A stretch of 64,000 bases of DNA from an uncultured Verrucomicrobiae bacterium (GTDB lineage Bacteria > Verrucomicrobiota > Verrucomicrobiia > Chthoniobacterales > UBA10450), in assembly GCA_963735805.1 (NCBI GenBank), contig CAVTMK010000002.1, positions 608,001-672,000 of the forward strand. The letters run 5' to 3'. Below are positions 28,414 through 37,394 of the stretch, piece after piece. The notes under the pieces are model-generated. The model did not search any database. It was not told the origin of the DNA and saw only the letters and a program-made list of their open reading frames with translations. Numbering within the stretch: position 1 is the stretch's first letter; every line of letters starts with the position of its first letter. The position numbers and the translations under genes were made by a program.

Positions 28414-31400
28414 GTGAGCTACGTCGAACTTCGTGCCTGTAGCGCATTCAGTTTTTTGCGGGGCGGTTCGTTTCCCGAGCAATTAGCTGAGGTCGCTGCA
28501 GAACTGGAAATGCCGGCGATGGGTTTACTCGATCGCAACGGCGTTTACGGCGCGCAACGATTTTCTGTCACCGCACGCGAGCACAACCTGCGACCAATCA
28601 TTGGGTGCGAATTGTCGATGGAAGACGGTGCAGTTCTTCCCGTGCTGGTTGAAAACCGTCCGGGTTACAAAAATTTGTGCGAACTGCTAACCCAGGCGCA
28701 TTTGCGTAGCGAAAAAGGCAAATGTGCGGTGCGATGGAACGAGCTGTCGCAATTTGGCAAAGGACTCATCGCCTTGTTCAACGCCTCGTTTGCAAACTGT
28801 AGGACGTCTGTCTCAGGCCCCAATTTCCCCCCAAGTTGCAAAGTATGGAGTCGCGAGAACCCGACCGACATGAACCGGCAGATTGAAAAACCGAGCGAGC
28901 CGGAGCGAGTGAGTCAAACCCCGTGCAAATCTATCGAAAAACTAATCGAGGCGTTTGGTCGCAAAAATGTTTTCGTTGAACTTCAACGGCATTTCATTCG
29001 TGGCGAAGAACGCATCAATCGTGAATTGATCGATCTGGCACGAACACATCGATTATCGCTCCTCGCAACAAACGGGGTGAAATACGCGAAACCGTACGGA
29101 CGCGAAGTGCTGGATGTTTTCACCTGCATTCGCGAGTACACCCATCTGGATGCTGCTGGAAAATTGCTGACCCAAAACGCCGAGCGTCATCTGAAGAGCG
29201 ATCGGCAAATGCGGGCAATTTTCGCGGATTTACCGGAAGCAATTGAAAACACCTCGCATCTTGCCGAGCGGCTTAGGTTTTCGCTGGAAAATCTGGGATA
29301 CGAATTTCCTGAGTATCCGGTGCCCGCTGGTCACACGATGGATTCGTTTTTACGCACCATCGTGTGGTTTGGCGCGCAACAGCGTTACGCTGCGATCAGC
29401 GCGAAAGTGAAACGTCAACTCGAAGAGGAACTGGCGCTTATCACAAAACTCGGGTTTCCCGGCTATTTTTTGATTGTCTGGGACATCATCAATTTCTGTC
29501 GTGAACGCAACATCATGGTCCAGGGTCGTGGCAGCGCCGCCAACAGCGCGGTTTGTTTTTGTCTTGGGATTACGCCGGTTGATCCGGTGGAAAATCACCT
29601 CGTTTTCGAACGTTTCCTAAACGAGAGCCGCAAAGGCTGGCCTGACATCGACTTGGATCTTCCCAGTGGCGATCGGCGCGAAACGGTGATCCAGGAAATT
29701 TATCGCCGCTATGGCAAGCACGGCGCGGCGATGACAGCGAACGTGATCAGTTACCGCGGACGTAGCGCTGCTCGCGAGATCGGCAAGGCGCTCAATCTTT
29801 CGCCGAGTATCATTGATCGTTTTTCCCATCTTTTTGCCAGCGGCGATTTTCCGCACACGCTCGAACTCGAATCGCAAATCGAACAAGCTGGCTTGCCAAA
29901 AAACCATCCGCGCATGCCGGCATTCATCAGATTATATCGCGCGATTTATGGATTGCCGCGGCATCTCGGGCAGCATTCCGGCGGCATGATTATCTGCCAG
30001 AACAAACTCAGTTCGTTTGTGCCGCTGGAAAACGCCTCAATGCCGGGACGAGTGGTGGCGCAGTGGGACAAGGACGATTGCGAAGACCTCGGCATCGTGA
30101 AAGTGGACTTGTTAGGCCTGGGCATGATGTCGGTGATGCAGGATGCGTTTGAGCTATGCCGCGAACGCGGCCGGCCACTCGATCTGGCTCACATTCCGAA
30201 AGATGACCAGAAGACGTTTGAGATGATGCAGTGCGCAGACACGATCGGCGTTTTCCAAATTGAGAGCCGGGCACAAATGGCAACTCTGCCACGGATGAAG
30301 CCGAAATGTTTTTACGATGTGGTCATTGAAGTAGCGATTATTCGGCCGGGCCCCATCCAGGGCAACATGGTGCATCCCTATCTGGCGCGCCGGGGAAAAC
30401 GCGAGCCAGTGACTTATTTCGATGATCGATTGAAGCCGGTGCTTCAGCGGACCCTTGGCGTTCCATTGTTCCAGGAGCAAATGCTGAAGATTGCGATGGT
30501 AATGGCGGATTTTTCCGGCGACGAAGCGGAAGAGCTGCGACGCGCGTTGAGTTTCCATCGTTCGGAAGAACGGATGAACAAGGTGTGCGCAAAATTACGC
30601 ACTGCAATGGAACGCAAAGGCGTGGCACCTGACAAAATCGACAAAATTGTTCAGTCTATCTCATCGTTTGCCCTTTACGGATTTCCGGAATCGCATGCGA
30701 TCAGTTTCGCCATTCTGGCGTATGGGAGCGCCTATTTGAAAGTGCGTCGCGCACCGGAATTTTATGCTAGTCTGTTGAACAATCAGCCGATGGGTTTTTA
30801 CACGCCGGCGACGATTGTGAAAGACGCGCAGCGGCATGGGTTGAAGATCAAGCCGGTTTGTATTTCACAATCCGACTGGCGTTGCACAGTTGTCGATGAC
30901 AACACTGTACGGCTCGGGTTTTGTGTCGTGAACACATTACGCCAGGAACATGCTGAACAACTCGTTAGCCAACGGCAAAATCGACAATTTGATTCGCTGG
31001 AGGATTTCAAGCGTCGGGTGCCGCTTGCAAAAGACGAATTGCGTACATTAGCCGAACTTGGCGCACTCAATTGTTTTGCGGAGCATCGCCGCGCCGCCAT
31101 GTGGGAGGTGGAAGTGACGTTGCACGACGATTTGCTTACACATAAGCGGGGTCATCCTGAGCGAAGTGAAGGATCTCATCCACAAAGCGTTGGTTATGCT
31201 GGGAACAAAGAACGTTCGATCATCCTGTGTGAGCTCCGTCGCCCCGCTCGGCATGACTCGCCATTGAACCGCATGACTTTACCTGAGCGCGTGAAGGCCG
31301 ATTACGAAACCATGAACCTGACTACCGGTCCGCATCCGATGAAACTGTTGCGGGAAAGTTTGCCGAATATTTGGCCCGCAATCGATCTTTCACACGCGCG

Positions 31401-31686
31401 ACACGGTTCGATCATCCAAATTGCCGGCAACGTGATTTGCCGTCAGCGTCCTGGTACTGCGAAAGGGTTTGTTTTTATCAGCCTGGAAGATGAGACCGGT
31501 GTTTCCAATGCGATTGTCGAGCCAGATCTGTTCGAGCAGTTTCGGCTCGTGATTACGGAGGAAGCCTTTCTGCTCATCAAAGGCGAAGTGCAGAATTCGG
31601 ACAACGTGGTTTTGATCAAAGCCCGCGAGATTACACCGCTCTTGCACGAACAACTTTGCGGGAGCGAGTCACACGACTTCCACTAA
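28414..31686 (+). CDS. dnaE2: Error-prone DNA polymerase DnaE2 (ImuC)
   Basis: SAFSFL PHP start, GRGSAANS, PDIDLD, PRHLGQHSGG, QWDKDD, FQIESRAQ, YGFPESHA, RQRPGTAKG, C-terminal SHDFH. Confidence 0.96.
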   Translation: MSYVELRACSAFSFLRGGSFPEQLAEVAAELEMPAMGLLDRNGVYGAQRFSVTAREHNLRPIIGCELSMEDGAVLPVLVENRPGYKNLCELLTQAHLRSEKGKCAVRWNELSQFGKGLIALFNASFANCRTSVSGPNFPPSCKVWSRENPTDMNRQIEKPSEPERVSQTPCKSIEKLIEAFGRKNVFVELQRHFIRGEERINRELIDLARTHRLSLLATNGVKYAKPYGREVLDVFTCIREYTHLDAAGKLLTQNAERHLKSDRQMRAIFADLPEAIENTSHLAERLRFSLENLGYEFPEYPVPAGHTMDSFLRTIVWFGAQQRYAAISAKVKRQLEEELALITKLGFPGYFLIVWDIINFCRERNIMVQGRGSAANSAVCFCLGITPVDPVENHLVFERFLNESRKGWPDIDLDLPSGDRRETVIQEIYRRYGKHGAAMTANVISYRGRSAAREIGKALNLSPSIIDRFSHLFASGDFPHTLELESQIEQAGLPKNHPRMPAFIRLYRAIYGLPRHLGQHSGGMIICQNKLSSFVPLENASMPGRVVAQWDKDDCEDLGIVKVDLLGLGMMSVMQDAFELCRERGRPLDLAHIPKDDQKTFEMMQCADTIGVFQIESRAQMATLPRMKPKCFYDVVIEVAIIRPGPIQGNMVHPYLARRGKREPVTYFDDRLKPVLQRTLGVPLFQEQMLKIAMVMADFSGDEAEELRRALSFHRSEERMNKVCAKLRTAMERKGVAPDKIDKIVQSISSFALYGFPESHAISFAILAYGSAYLKVRRAPEFYASLLNNQPMGFYTPATIVKDAQRHGLKIKPVCISQSDWRCTVVDDNTVRLGFCVVNTLRQEHAEQLVSQRQNRQFDSLEDFKRRVPLAKDELRTLAELGALNCFAEHRRAAMWEVEVTLHDDLLTHKRGHPERSEGSHPQSVGYAGNKERSIILCELRRPARHDSPLNRMTLPERVKADYETMNLTTGPHPMKLLRESLPNIWPAIDLSHARHGSIIQIAGNVICRQRPGTAKGFVFISLEDETGVSNAIVEPDLFEQFRLVITEEAFLLIKGEVQNSDNVVLIKAREITPLLHEQLCGSESHDFH
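31151..31257. repeat. REP-like palindromic element inserted in frame in dnaE2
   Basis: GTCATCCTGAGCGAAGTGAAGGATCTC ... CGCTCGGCATGAC; translated as GHPERSEGS...PARHD. Confidence 0.75.
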
Positions 31687-31734
31687 TCCGTTAAAGCATT
31701 GGTCGCTTCACCTGTTAAAGGTTTTAACGGTACT

Positions 31735-33213
31735 TCATTCGCCCGCGTGGTGCGGTTCGGGCGTTTTTGGTTCGGTCGGTTTTTCGACCGGTGTCTGATC
31801 CGTCTCGAGCCATTCGGTATGGAAAACGCCGGGCTTATCAATGCGTTCGTACGTGTGCGCACCAAAGAAATCGCGTTGTGCTTGCAAGAGGTTTGCCGGC
31901 AACCGAGCGGAGCGATAACTATCGAAGTAAGCGAGCGATGCGGAAAATGCGGGAATAGGGACGCCAAATTTGATGGCTGTCGTCACTGCGACGCGCCAGT
32001 TGCGCTGCGCCCTTTTTATGGCCCTCGTGAAATAGCGATCGAGCAGAAGATTGGGTAATGCTGCATTGCGCTTGTAGGCGTCGACTATCCGGTTCAAAAA
32101 TTTTGCGCGAATGATGCAGCCGCCCCGCCAGATAGTAGCGATGTCGCCGAGGTTGAGGTTCCACTTGTATTCTGCGCTTCCAGAACGCAGAAGCTCCATT
32201 CCCTGGGCGTAAGAAACAATTTTGGATGCATAAAGCGCGTCGCGTATTGCATCGATGAATCGCGGCCGATTGCCTTTGAATTTTCGAGCTCTCGGTTGTG
32301 GCAGAATTTTGGATGCGGCCACGCGCTCTTCTTTTTGATCGGAGACGACGCGGGCTTCAACAGCGGCGTTGATTGTTGAAATGACGACGGATTGCCTGAT
32401 GGCAGCCTGGAGTGTCCAGATGCCCGTTCCTTTTTGTCCGGCTTTGTCGAGAATCATATCGACCAGAGGCTTGCCCGTGTCAGGATCGCTCTTTCGAAAA
32501 ATCTGGGAGGTAATTTGAATCAGATAGCTATCCAACTCGCCTTTGTTCCATTCTGCAAAGACCTCGGCGAGCTCCGGAGCTTGCATCTCCAGGATATCTT
32601 TCATGATCGCATACGCTTCACAGATCAATTGAATGTCGCCGTACTCGATGCCGTTGTGCACCATCTTGACGTAATGACCGGCGCCATCCGGCCCCATGTA
32701 TCGACAGCACGGTTCCCCATCGACTTGCGCGGCGATCTTGCGAAAGATCGGGGCGATAATCTCCCAGGATTCACGCGACCCGCCCGGCATGAGCGAAGGA
32801 CCTTTGAGAGCGCCTTCTTCCCCTCCGGAAACGCCCATACCCACAAAGTGAATTCCTTTCTCCTCCAACTCCTTGCCGCGCCGTTGCGTGTCGGTGAACA
32901 GGGAATTTCCTCCGTCGATGATGATATCGCCTTTTTCCAGCAGCGGCACGAGTTGGCTGATAACCGAGTCCACCGGTGCGCCTGCTTTCACCATCATCAT
33001 GGCTATCCGCGGCTTTTTAAGCGCGGCTATGAATTCCTCCAACGTCGTGGTTGGTTGAATGTTTTTTCCTTGGCCGCGTCCACCGGCAAACTTTTCCGTG
33101 ATCTCGGTGGTGCGATTAAAGACGGCAACGGAGAATCCTTTCGATTCCATGTTGAGGGCGAGATTCTCACCCATGACACCTAGACCGATCAGGCCAATAT
33201 CACATTGATTCAT
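31735..33213 (-). CDS. gnd: 6-phosphogluconate dehydrogenase (NADP-dependent, decarboxylating)
   Basis: IGLGVMG, DGGNS, GVSGGEEGA, KMVHNGIEY, QKGTG, QAQRDFFGAH. Confidence 0.97.
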   Translation of the reverse strand: MNQCDIGLIGLGVMGENLALNMESKGFSVAVFNRTTEITEKFAGGRGQGKNIQPTTTLEEFIAALKKPRIAMMMVKAGAPVDSVISQLVPLLEKGDIIIDGGNSLFTDTQRRGKELEEKGIHFVGMGVSGGEEGALKGPSLMPGGSRESWEIIAPIFRKIAAQVDGEPCCRYMGPDGAGHYVKMVHNGIEYGDIQLICEAYAIMKDILEMQAPELAEVFAEWNKGELDSYLIQITSQIFRKSDPDTGKPLVDMILDKAGQKGTGIWTLQAAIRQSVVISTINAAVEARVVSDQKEERVAASKILPQPRARKFKGNRPRFIDAIRDALYASKIVSYAQGMELLRSGSAEYKWNLNLGDIATIWRGGCIIRAKFLNRIVDAYKRNAALPNLLLDRYFTRAIKRAQRNWRVAVTTAIKFGVPIPAFSASLAYFDSYRSARLPANLLQAQRDFFGAHTYERIDKPGVFHTEWLETDQTPVEKPTEPKTPEPHHAGE

Positions 33214-33285
33214 ATTCATTTTGATATCTTGTTTTCCAACAGCTCGAAAAGAGGGCTCACCCACTGTAGCGAGCATTTGAACCTT

Positions 33286-33720
33286 ATGGCAAATCCAGTT
33301 TGTGAAGTTTTAGTGACAGAAACGCAGCTCGATGCGCCAGAGAATCGAATGGACCCCGCTACAGGCGCGAAAGTTGATTTTCAAGGGATTGTTCGCAGCT
33401 CCGAGGATGGAGGCGAAATCGAAGGCATCGATTACGAGGCCCACCGGGAAATGGCCGAACATCAGCTGAAACAAATTGCCCAGCAGGCCGCGATTCAATT
33501 TGGGATTCGATCGGTTATCATTCATCACCGGATCGGATTTGTCGCTGTTGGGCAATCCTCGCTGTTTATGCGAGTGTGTAGCGGACATCGCGAAGCGGCA
33601 TTTCAAGCGAGTCGATGGATCGTGGACGAGCTGAAGAAAAAAGTTCCGATTTGGAAACGGCCAAAATTTAAAGTCCAGAACCTCCGCCAGGTCCCGCATC
33701 GCGAGTCTGCTACAATATGA
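33286..33720 (+). CDS. moaE: Molybdopterin synthase catalytic subunit MoaE
   Basis: GAKVDFQGIVR, YEAH..MA, HHRIG, HREAAF, DELKKKVPIWK. Confidence 0.9.
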   Translation: MANPVCEVLVTETQLDAPENRMDPATGAKVDFQGIVRSSEDGGEIEGIDYEAHREMAEHQLKQIAQQAAIQFGIRSVIIHHRIGFVAVGQSSLFMRVCSGHREAAFQASRWIVDELKKKVPIWKRPKFKVQNLRQVPHRESATI

Positions 33721-34295
33721 ACTGGGCGAATCGGATTACTCTGAGCCGGCTGGCGCTGACAGTGCTTTTCGTCGTGTCGCTCAATTCCTCCTGGCAATAT
33801 GCCCGTACCACCGCTTTGGTCATCTTTCTCATCGCGGGTCTCACCGATTTTATCGATGGCGAAATCGCCAGGCGTTACGGCGTGATTACAAACTTTGGCA
33901 AGTTGATGGACCCGCTCGTGGACAAGATCATGATGGCCGCCGCCTTTATTTCACTGGTTCCTCTTAAAGCTGTGCCCGCATGGGCGGCCACAACGGTGGT
34001 AGCGCGAGATTTTCTAATTACTGGTTTGCGCTTGATGGCCAGTGCCAGGGGCGAAATTCTACCAGCAGAGCGACTCGGGAAACAGAAAACATCGTGGCAA
34101 ATCATCACTATTATTTTCTTCCTTACTCTCCTGTCGATGGCAGAACTGCGATATGTCAGCGAGAAATCGACGTGGTGGGTACACGCTTGGACTGAAGCCG
34201 GTCCGGTTTTGGTGTGGATTACCGTGGCACTGACGCTTTACTCCGCGGTTGGCTTTACGTGGCGCAACCGCGGGCTAATTGAGCCCGATCAATAG
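33717..34295 (+). CDS. pgsA: CDP-diacylglycerol--glycerol-3-phosphate 3-phosphatidyltransferase
   Basis: NRITLSR, TDFIDGEIAR..TNFGKLMDPLVDK, RDFLITGLR, GKQKT. Confidence 0.93.
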   Translation: MNWANRITLSRLALTVLFVVSLNSSWQYARTTALVIFLIAGLTDFIDGEIARRYGVITNFGKLMDPLVDKIMMAAAFISLVPLKAVPAWAATTVVARDFLITGLRLMASARGEILPAERLGKQKTSWQIITIIFFLTLLSMAELRYVSEKSTWWVHAWTEAGPVLVWITVALTLYSAVGFTWRNRGLIEPDQ

Positions 34296-34697
34296 AGCGC
34301 CAAATCGAACCCGTATTTGCAACTCGCCGTTCGTTAGGATGCTGGGAAAACCGCGCGGTAAATTTGGTTCGAGCTTTGTTGACTACCTGGCGCGCATCGC
34401 GACGGAAAACGGGCGTTACGATTGTCATAGAGTTGCAAAGAACGTCGGAAATCTTTACTGCTTTAAAGTCGTGGTATAATATCTTCGTTTTGTGGATGTT
34501 ACATACTATTTCATCAAACCAGTAAACAATCGTCTGAAGCCCTTTACAATGTGGTTTCGAGGCTCGGCTAGTTGATCTCAGTTGTTTAGATCGTAATTCA
34601 CTGTTAAACAGAGATTTATGCTTCGTTTGGTAAATCGCTTTCTGTTGGCACGAGATCTGCGCCATCCAAGCAGTCAAGCCCGTTTTGCGCCGCTAGC

Positions 34698-35252
34698 ATG
34701 CAAACTGACTCTTTTTTAAAACACAAATTCTGGCTGCTGTGCATGGTTTTTTGCGGAGCAATGCTCGCATCGAGCCACGACGCTTGGGCGCTTAGCATCG
34801 GTGATTCCCACGAGCTAGGTTTTCTTTGGCCGGGCACACAACAGAAAACAAATCAAAACAAGATCGTCTACGTGAATCATTTGATTGGAATGGCCCTTGG
34901 CACGATCGACGTCGCTAATGGCGAGGTCTATTCTCGCTCGAACCATGGTTTTAAATCGTTGCCGACAGCCGGCCAAGCGTTCAGCGGTGGCGGTAGAACG
35001 ATAAGGCTTGGCGCAAGTGGCCTATACACATACCTGTTTGCATCGTACATGGGCTACGGCACTGAAGTCTGGTACGTTGGCAATCTGAACGGGATAATTA
35101 CAATTCCGCTTCTAGCCGCTGGGCACCACCTCACCGGATGGACTCTTTTTGGCCCGCGCAGTGTAGGCGTACCAGACGGCGGCCTCACGGTAGCGTTGCT
35201 TGGTGCGGCTCTCGCGGTGCTTGCTTTGACACGACGCTTCTTAATTCGTTAG
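34698..35252 (+). CDS. Secreted VPDSG-CTERM-type (exosortase target) protein
   Basis: Signal peptide; C-terminal VPDGGLTVALLGAALAVLALTRRFLIR (motif + TM + basic). Confidence 0.8.
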   Translation: MQTDSFLKHKFWLLCMVFCGAMLASSHDAWALSIGDSHELGFLWPGTQQKTNQNKIVYVNHLIGMALGTIDVANGEVYSRSNHGFKSLPTAGQAFSGGGRTIRLGASGLYTYLFASYMGYGTEVWYVGNLNGIITIPLLAAGHHLTGWTLFGPRSVGVPDGGLTVALLGAALAVLALTRRFLIR

Positions 35253-35297
35253 CGGACGTTGTTAATTCCGGGACCCACAAGCCCTTCGTTCTCCGAC

Positions 35298-35786
35298 ATG
35301 AAAAGAACTTACGCTCCGACATTGATTGAAAGTATCGGCGTCGCTGGGGGGATAATGATTCTGCTCGGTTTTACCGTTGTAAGGGGTGAACCGCCCGTGT
35401 CGACGATCAAAACTCCTGGTCCCTATCCGTATGAAACACCTGCGCAACTTCCGGCACCGCCGCCAGTAGCAGAATCATCGCCGTTACCTTCGCCCGCTCC
35501 ATTTCCCTATCCTGACTCCGTCGCGCCTTCGTCCGTTCACGATTCACGAACGGCGGATGCCCGTCGCCCGCTGACAGCAAAATCTGTGCGCAAAGCCGCA
35601 TTCAAATACAATGGAGTCGCAAATTTCTGTGGATTTCTGGCAGCGCTTCCTGCCGATATGAGTGTTTTTGATCCAAAACTCGGGAGAACACGCACTCTTG
35701 TAAAAGGAGGCCATGTTGTACGGAAAAATGTAGTTTGGCTTCGTAAAAGCAAGCAAACGGCCGCGCACCAACCAGGCGGAACATAA
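35298..35786 (+). CDS. Pro-rich hypothetical protein, probably truncated/chimeric (3' part is the 204-bp repeat)
   Basis: N-terminal hydrophobic segment and Pro-rich region running into repeat copy 1 at 35589. Confidence 0.35.
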   Translation: MKRTYAPTLIESIGVAGGIMILLGFTVVRGEPPVSTIKTPGPYPYETPAQLPAPPPVAESSPLPSPAPFPYPDSVAPSSVHDSRTADARRPLTAKSVRKAAFKYNGVANFCGFLAALPADMSVFDPKLGRTRTLVKGGHVVRKNVVWLRKSKQTAAHQPGGT

Positions 35787-35792
35787 GAACGA
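35589..35792 (+). repeat. 204-bp direct repeat, copy 1
   Basis: Matches 39931-40134 with about 7 substitutions counted by eye. Confidence 0.95.
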
Positions 35793-35815
35793 GCGGGCAA
35801 CGGGAATCGAACCCG
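35791..35815 (-). repeat. att-like duplicate of the tRNA-Gly 3' end
   Basis: GAGCGGGCAACGGGAATCGAACCCG identical to 41397-41421. Confidence 0.93.
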
Positions 35816-36015
35816 ATTACAGGATTTGCGATGTTGCGTGATTTCGCTTGGTAGCTTTTGGCGCGGTGATGCATTATTCCTCGCCGGCAGCGCTCTTTGC
35901 GCATCGTCTCCATGCACGGTGGTTAGAGCCGATCCGCAAGCGGTGGTCGTAGCCACCAAATGGCTTTCGGTGTTCGATGCTCACAACTACGTAGAGGCTT
36001 GCGCCATCTTTCCAG

Positions 36016-36093
36016 ATCAATGGCAATTTTTTGACTGATGCTGAGTTGAAGGATGGTGACACAATACGATTTGGTTCCGTCAGAGTGGGTTTT
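36016..36093 (+). pseudogene. FHA-domain C-terminal fragment
   Basis: Manual translation INGNFLTDAELKDGDTIRFGSVRVGF resembles the FHA NG...L.DGD.I.FG signature; no N-terminal part seen. Confidence 0.5.
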
Positions 36094-36703
36094 TGCGGGA
36101 GGTTACCGCAAACCTTGTTCAAGCCACGCGATTAAAAAGTTCTGGATCAGTGTTTCGGGCAAAGGCGCACAGCCGATTGCGTTCGCGATGGCGTCAGCAT
36201 CCTTAAACTTGGTGTGAAGCACAACGGCGATTTCAAAAAAGGCCTTGTGCGTGAGATGCCATTCGGATATGCACTCCGATAAGGCAGCCAAGCGAACGTT
36301 GGCACAACTGATTGATCGATGGAGGTTGGTCTGGAAATTTTGAGCGGAGCGAGATTGTCTCGCCGATAGGAAGCATTGCCAGTAAAGTTGTCGGAACTAA
36401 ATCTGGTAACGCCCGATGCGCGTCATCGCCGCCCGCTCAAAGTTTAAAACGCAACGGACCACCGCCAAGAGCCTCCTCTTACAGTTGGATTCGTATTGCA
36501 TCGCCGCTTCGGATGGTGGTGCTTTTACTCCTCACTTCGTTCTACGGAAATGGCGGAACGAAGTTCTTTCAACGACTGCAAGCAGCTAGGAATTAAATGG
36601 GAACTAACCCAGTCGGTGTTTATGAATCAGCAGCCTTTCCTGAATGGTCTGATTTCGATGATTGTCACGGCAGAGATTGCATTTTCATGCAATTCACTTT
36701 ATC

Positions 36704-36717
36704 TGTTCGCTTGAACA
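36704..36717. promoter_or_regulatory. Orphan LexA box inside island
   Basis: TGTTCGCTTGAACA, perfect TGTTC-N4-GAACA. Confidence 0.6.
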
Positions 36718-37394
36718 TGTGCTAGCCAAATAAACGGCCAAGCGCTATCACCAAAACCCACCCGACTCCTTGCTCCAAAAGGCGCTCAAGCTCGCCACAC
36801 CGGCGAACTCTTGCTCAGGACGCGGCCCAAAACCTACCGCGCTATCGTGAGAGAACTCGCCGAGCCAAACGCTAGTGTTAATGGCATCTCCAGATGCTAC
36901 CGCGACAACGTCCGTCCCAACGGTGTCCTTCTGACGCGCATATGGCTGATGATTTCTTTCTCAACCGCATCGCCACCCGACGTTGCACGTGCTGTGTCCT
37001 GTTCGTTGAATTTAAATCTTTTAGCGAATAGGAGCCGCGGACTCTCAGAAGCACGGTGTGCTACGCGGAGACGATCGGATGATCAATGATTATATGATTC
37101 GATGGAGCACGGCCGATCATGACAACTCTCGCCATCAAAGTACGACGCGGCGATCGGTCGTTATTTCCGAAACCTGCCGCAGTTCATTCATTACGCCAAT
37201 GCCAACAATGGACTGGTGATTTTGACGATGGACACAAGACTGGTGGCGAACCATATGCCGGCACTGCTGATCGGTCCGAGGATTGCTTAACCATAAGCAA
37301 ATGATGGCAAACCGCGCGATCCCTTGCCTGGTGCGCATATAATGGGCCCTCGGCGCTGGTATGCTGAAATCAACTGCGCCACGGAGGAGGCTCT

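Noticed and set aside
28414..31686. Inteins as the explanation for the DnaE2 insertions
   Set aside because: The inserts are only about 35-45 aa, lack a terminal HN-C/S/T motif and show DNA-level palindromy.
32392..33183. Long antisense ORFs (e.g. 32392-33183, 49214-50044, 25229-25897, 47491-48129, 55494-56192)
   Set aside because: Shadow frames opposite well-supported housekeeping genes, with no recognisable motifs.
35589..35660. c-di-GMP-I riboswitch in the repeat (CGCAAAGCC...GGCAGC...TGCCGA resemblance)
   Set aside because: Could not identify the GNRA-capped P2 stem or convincing P1 pairing by eye; an Infernal/Rfam search would be needed.
37000..37011. Additional LexA box TGTTCGTTGAAT
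   Set aside because: Spacer is 3 nt and the right half-site is degenerate.
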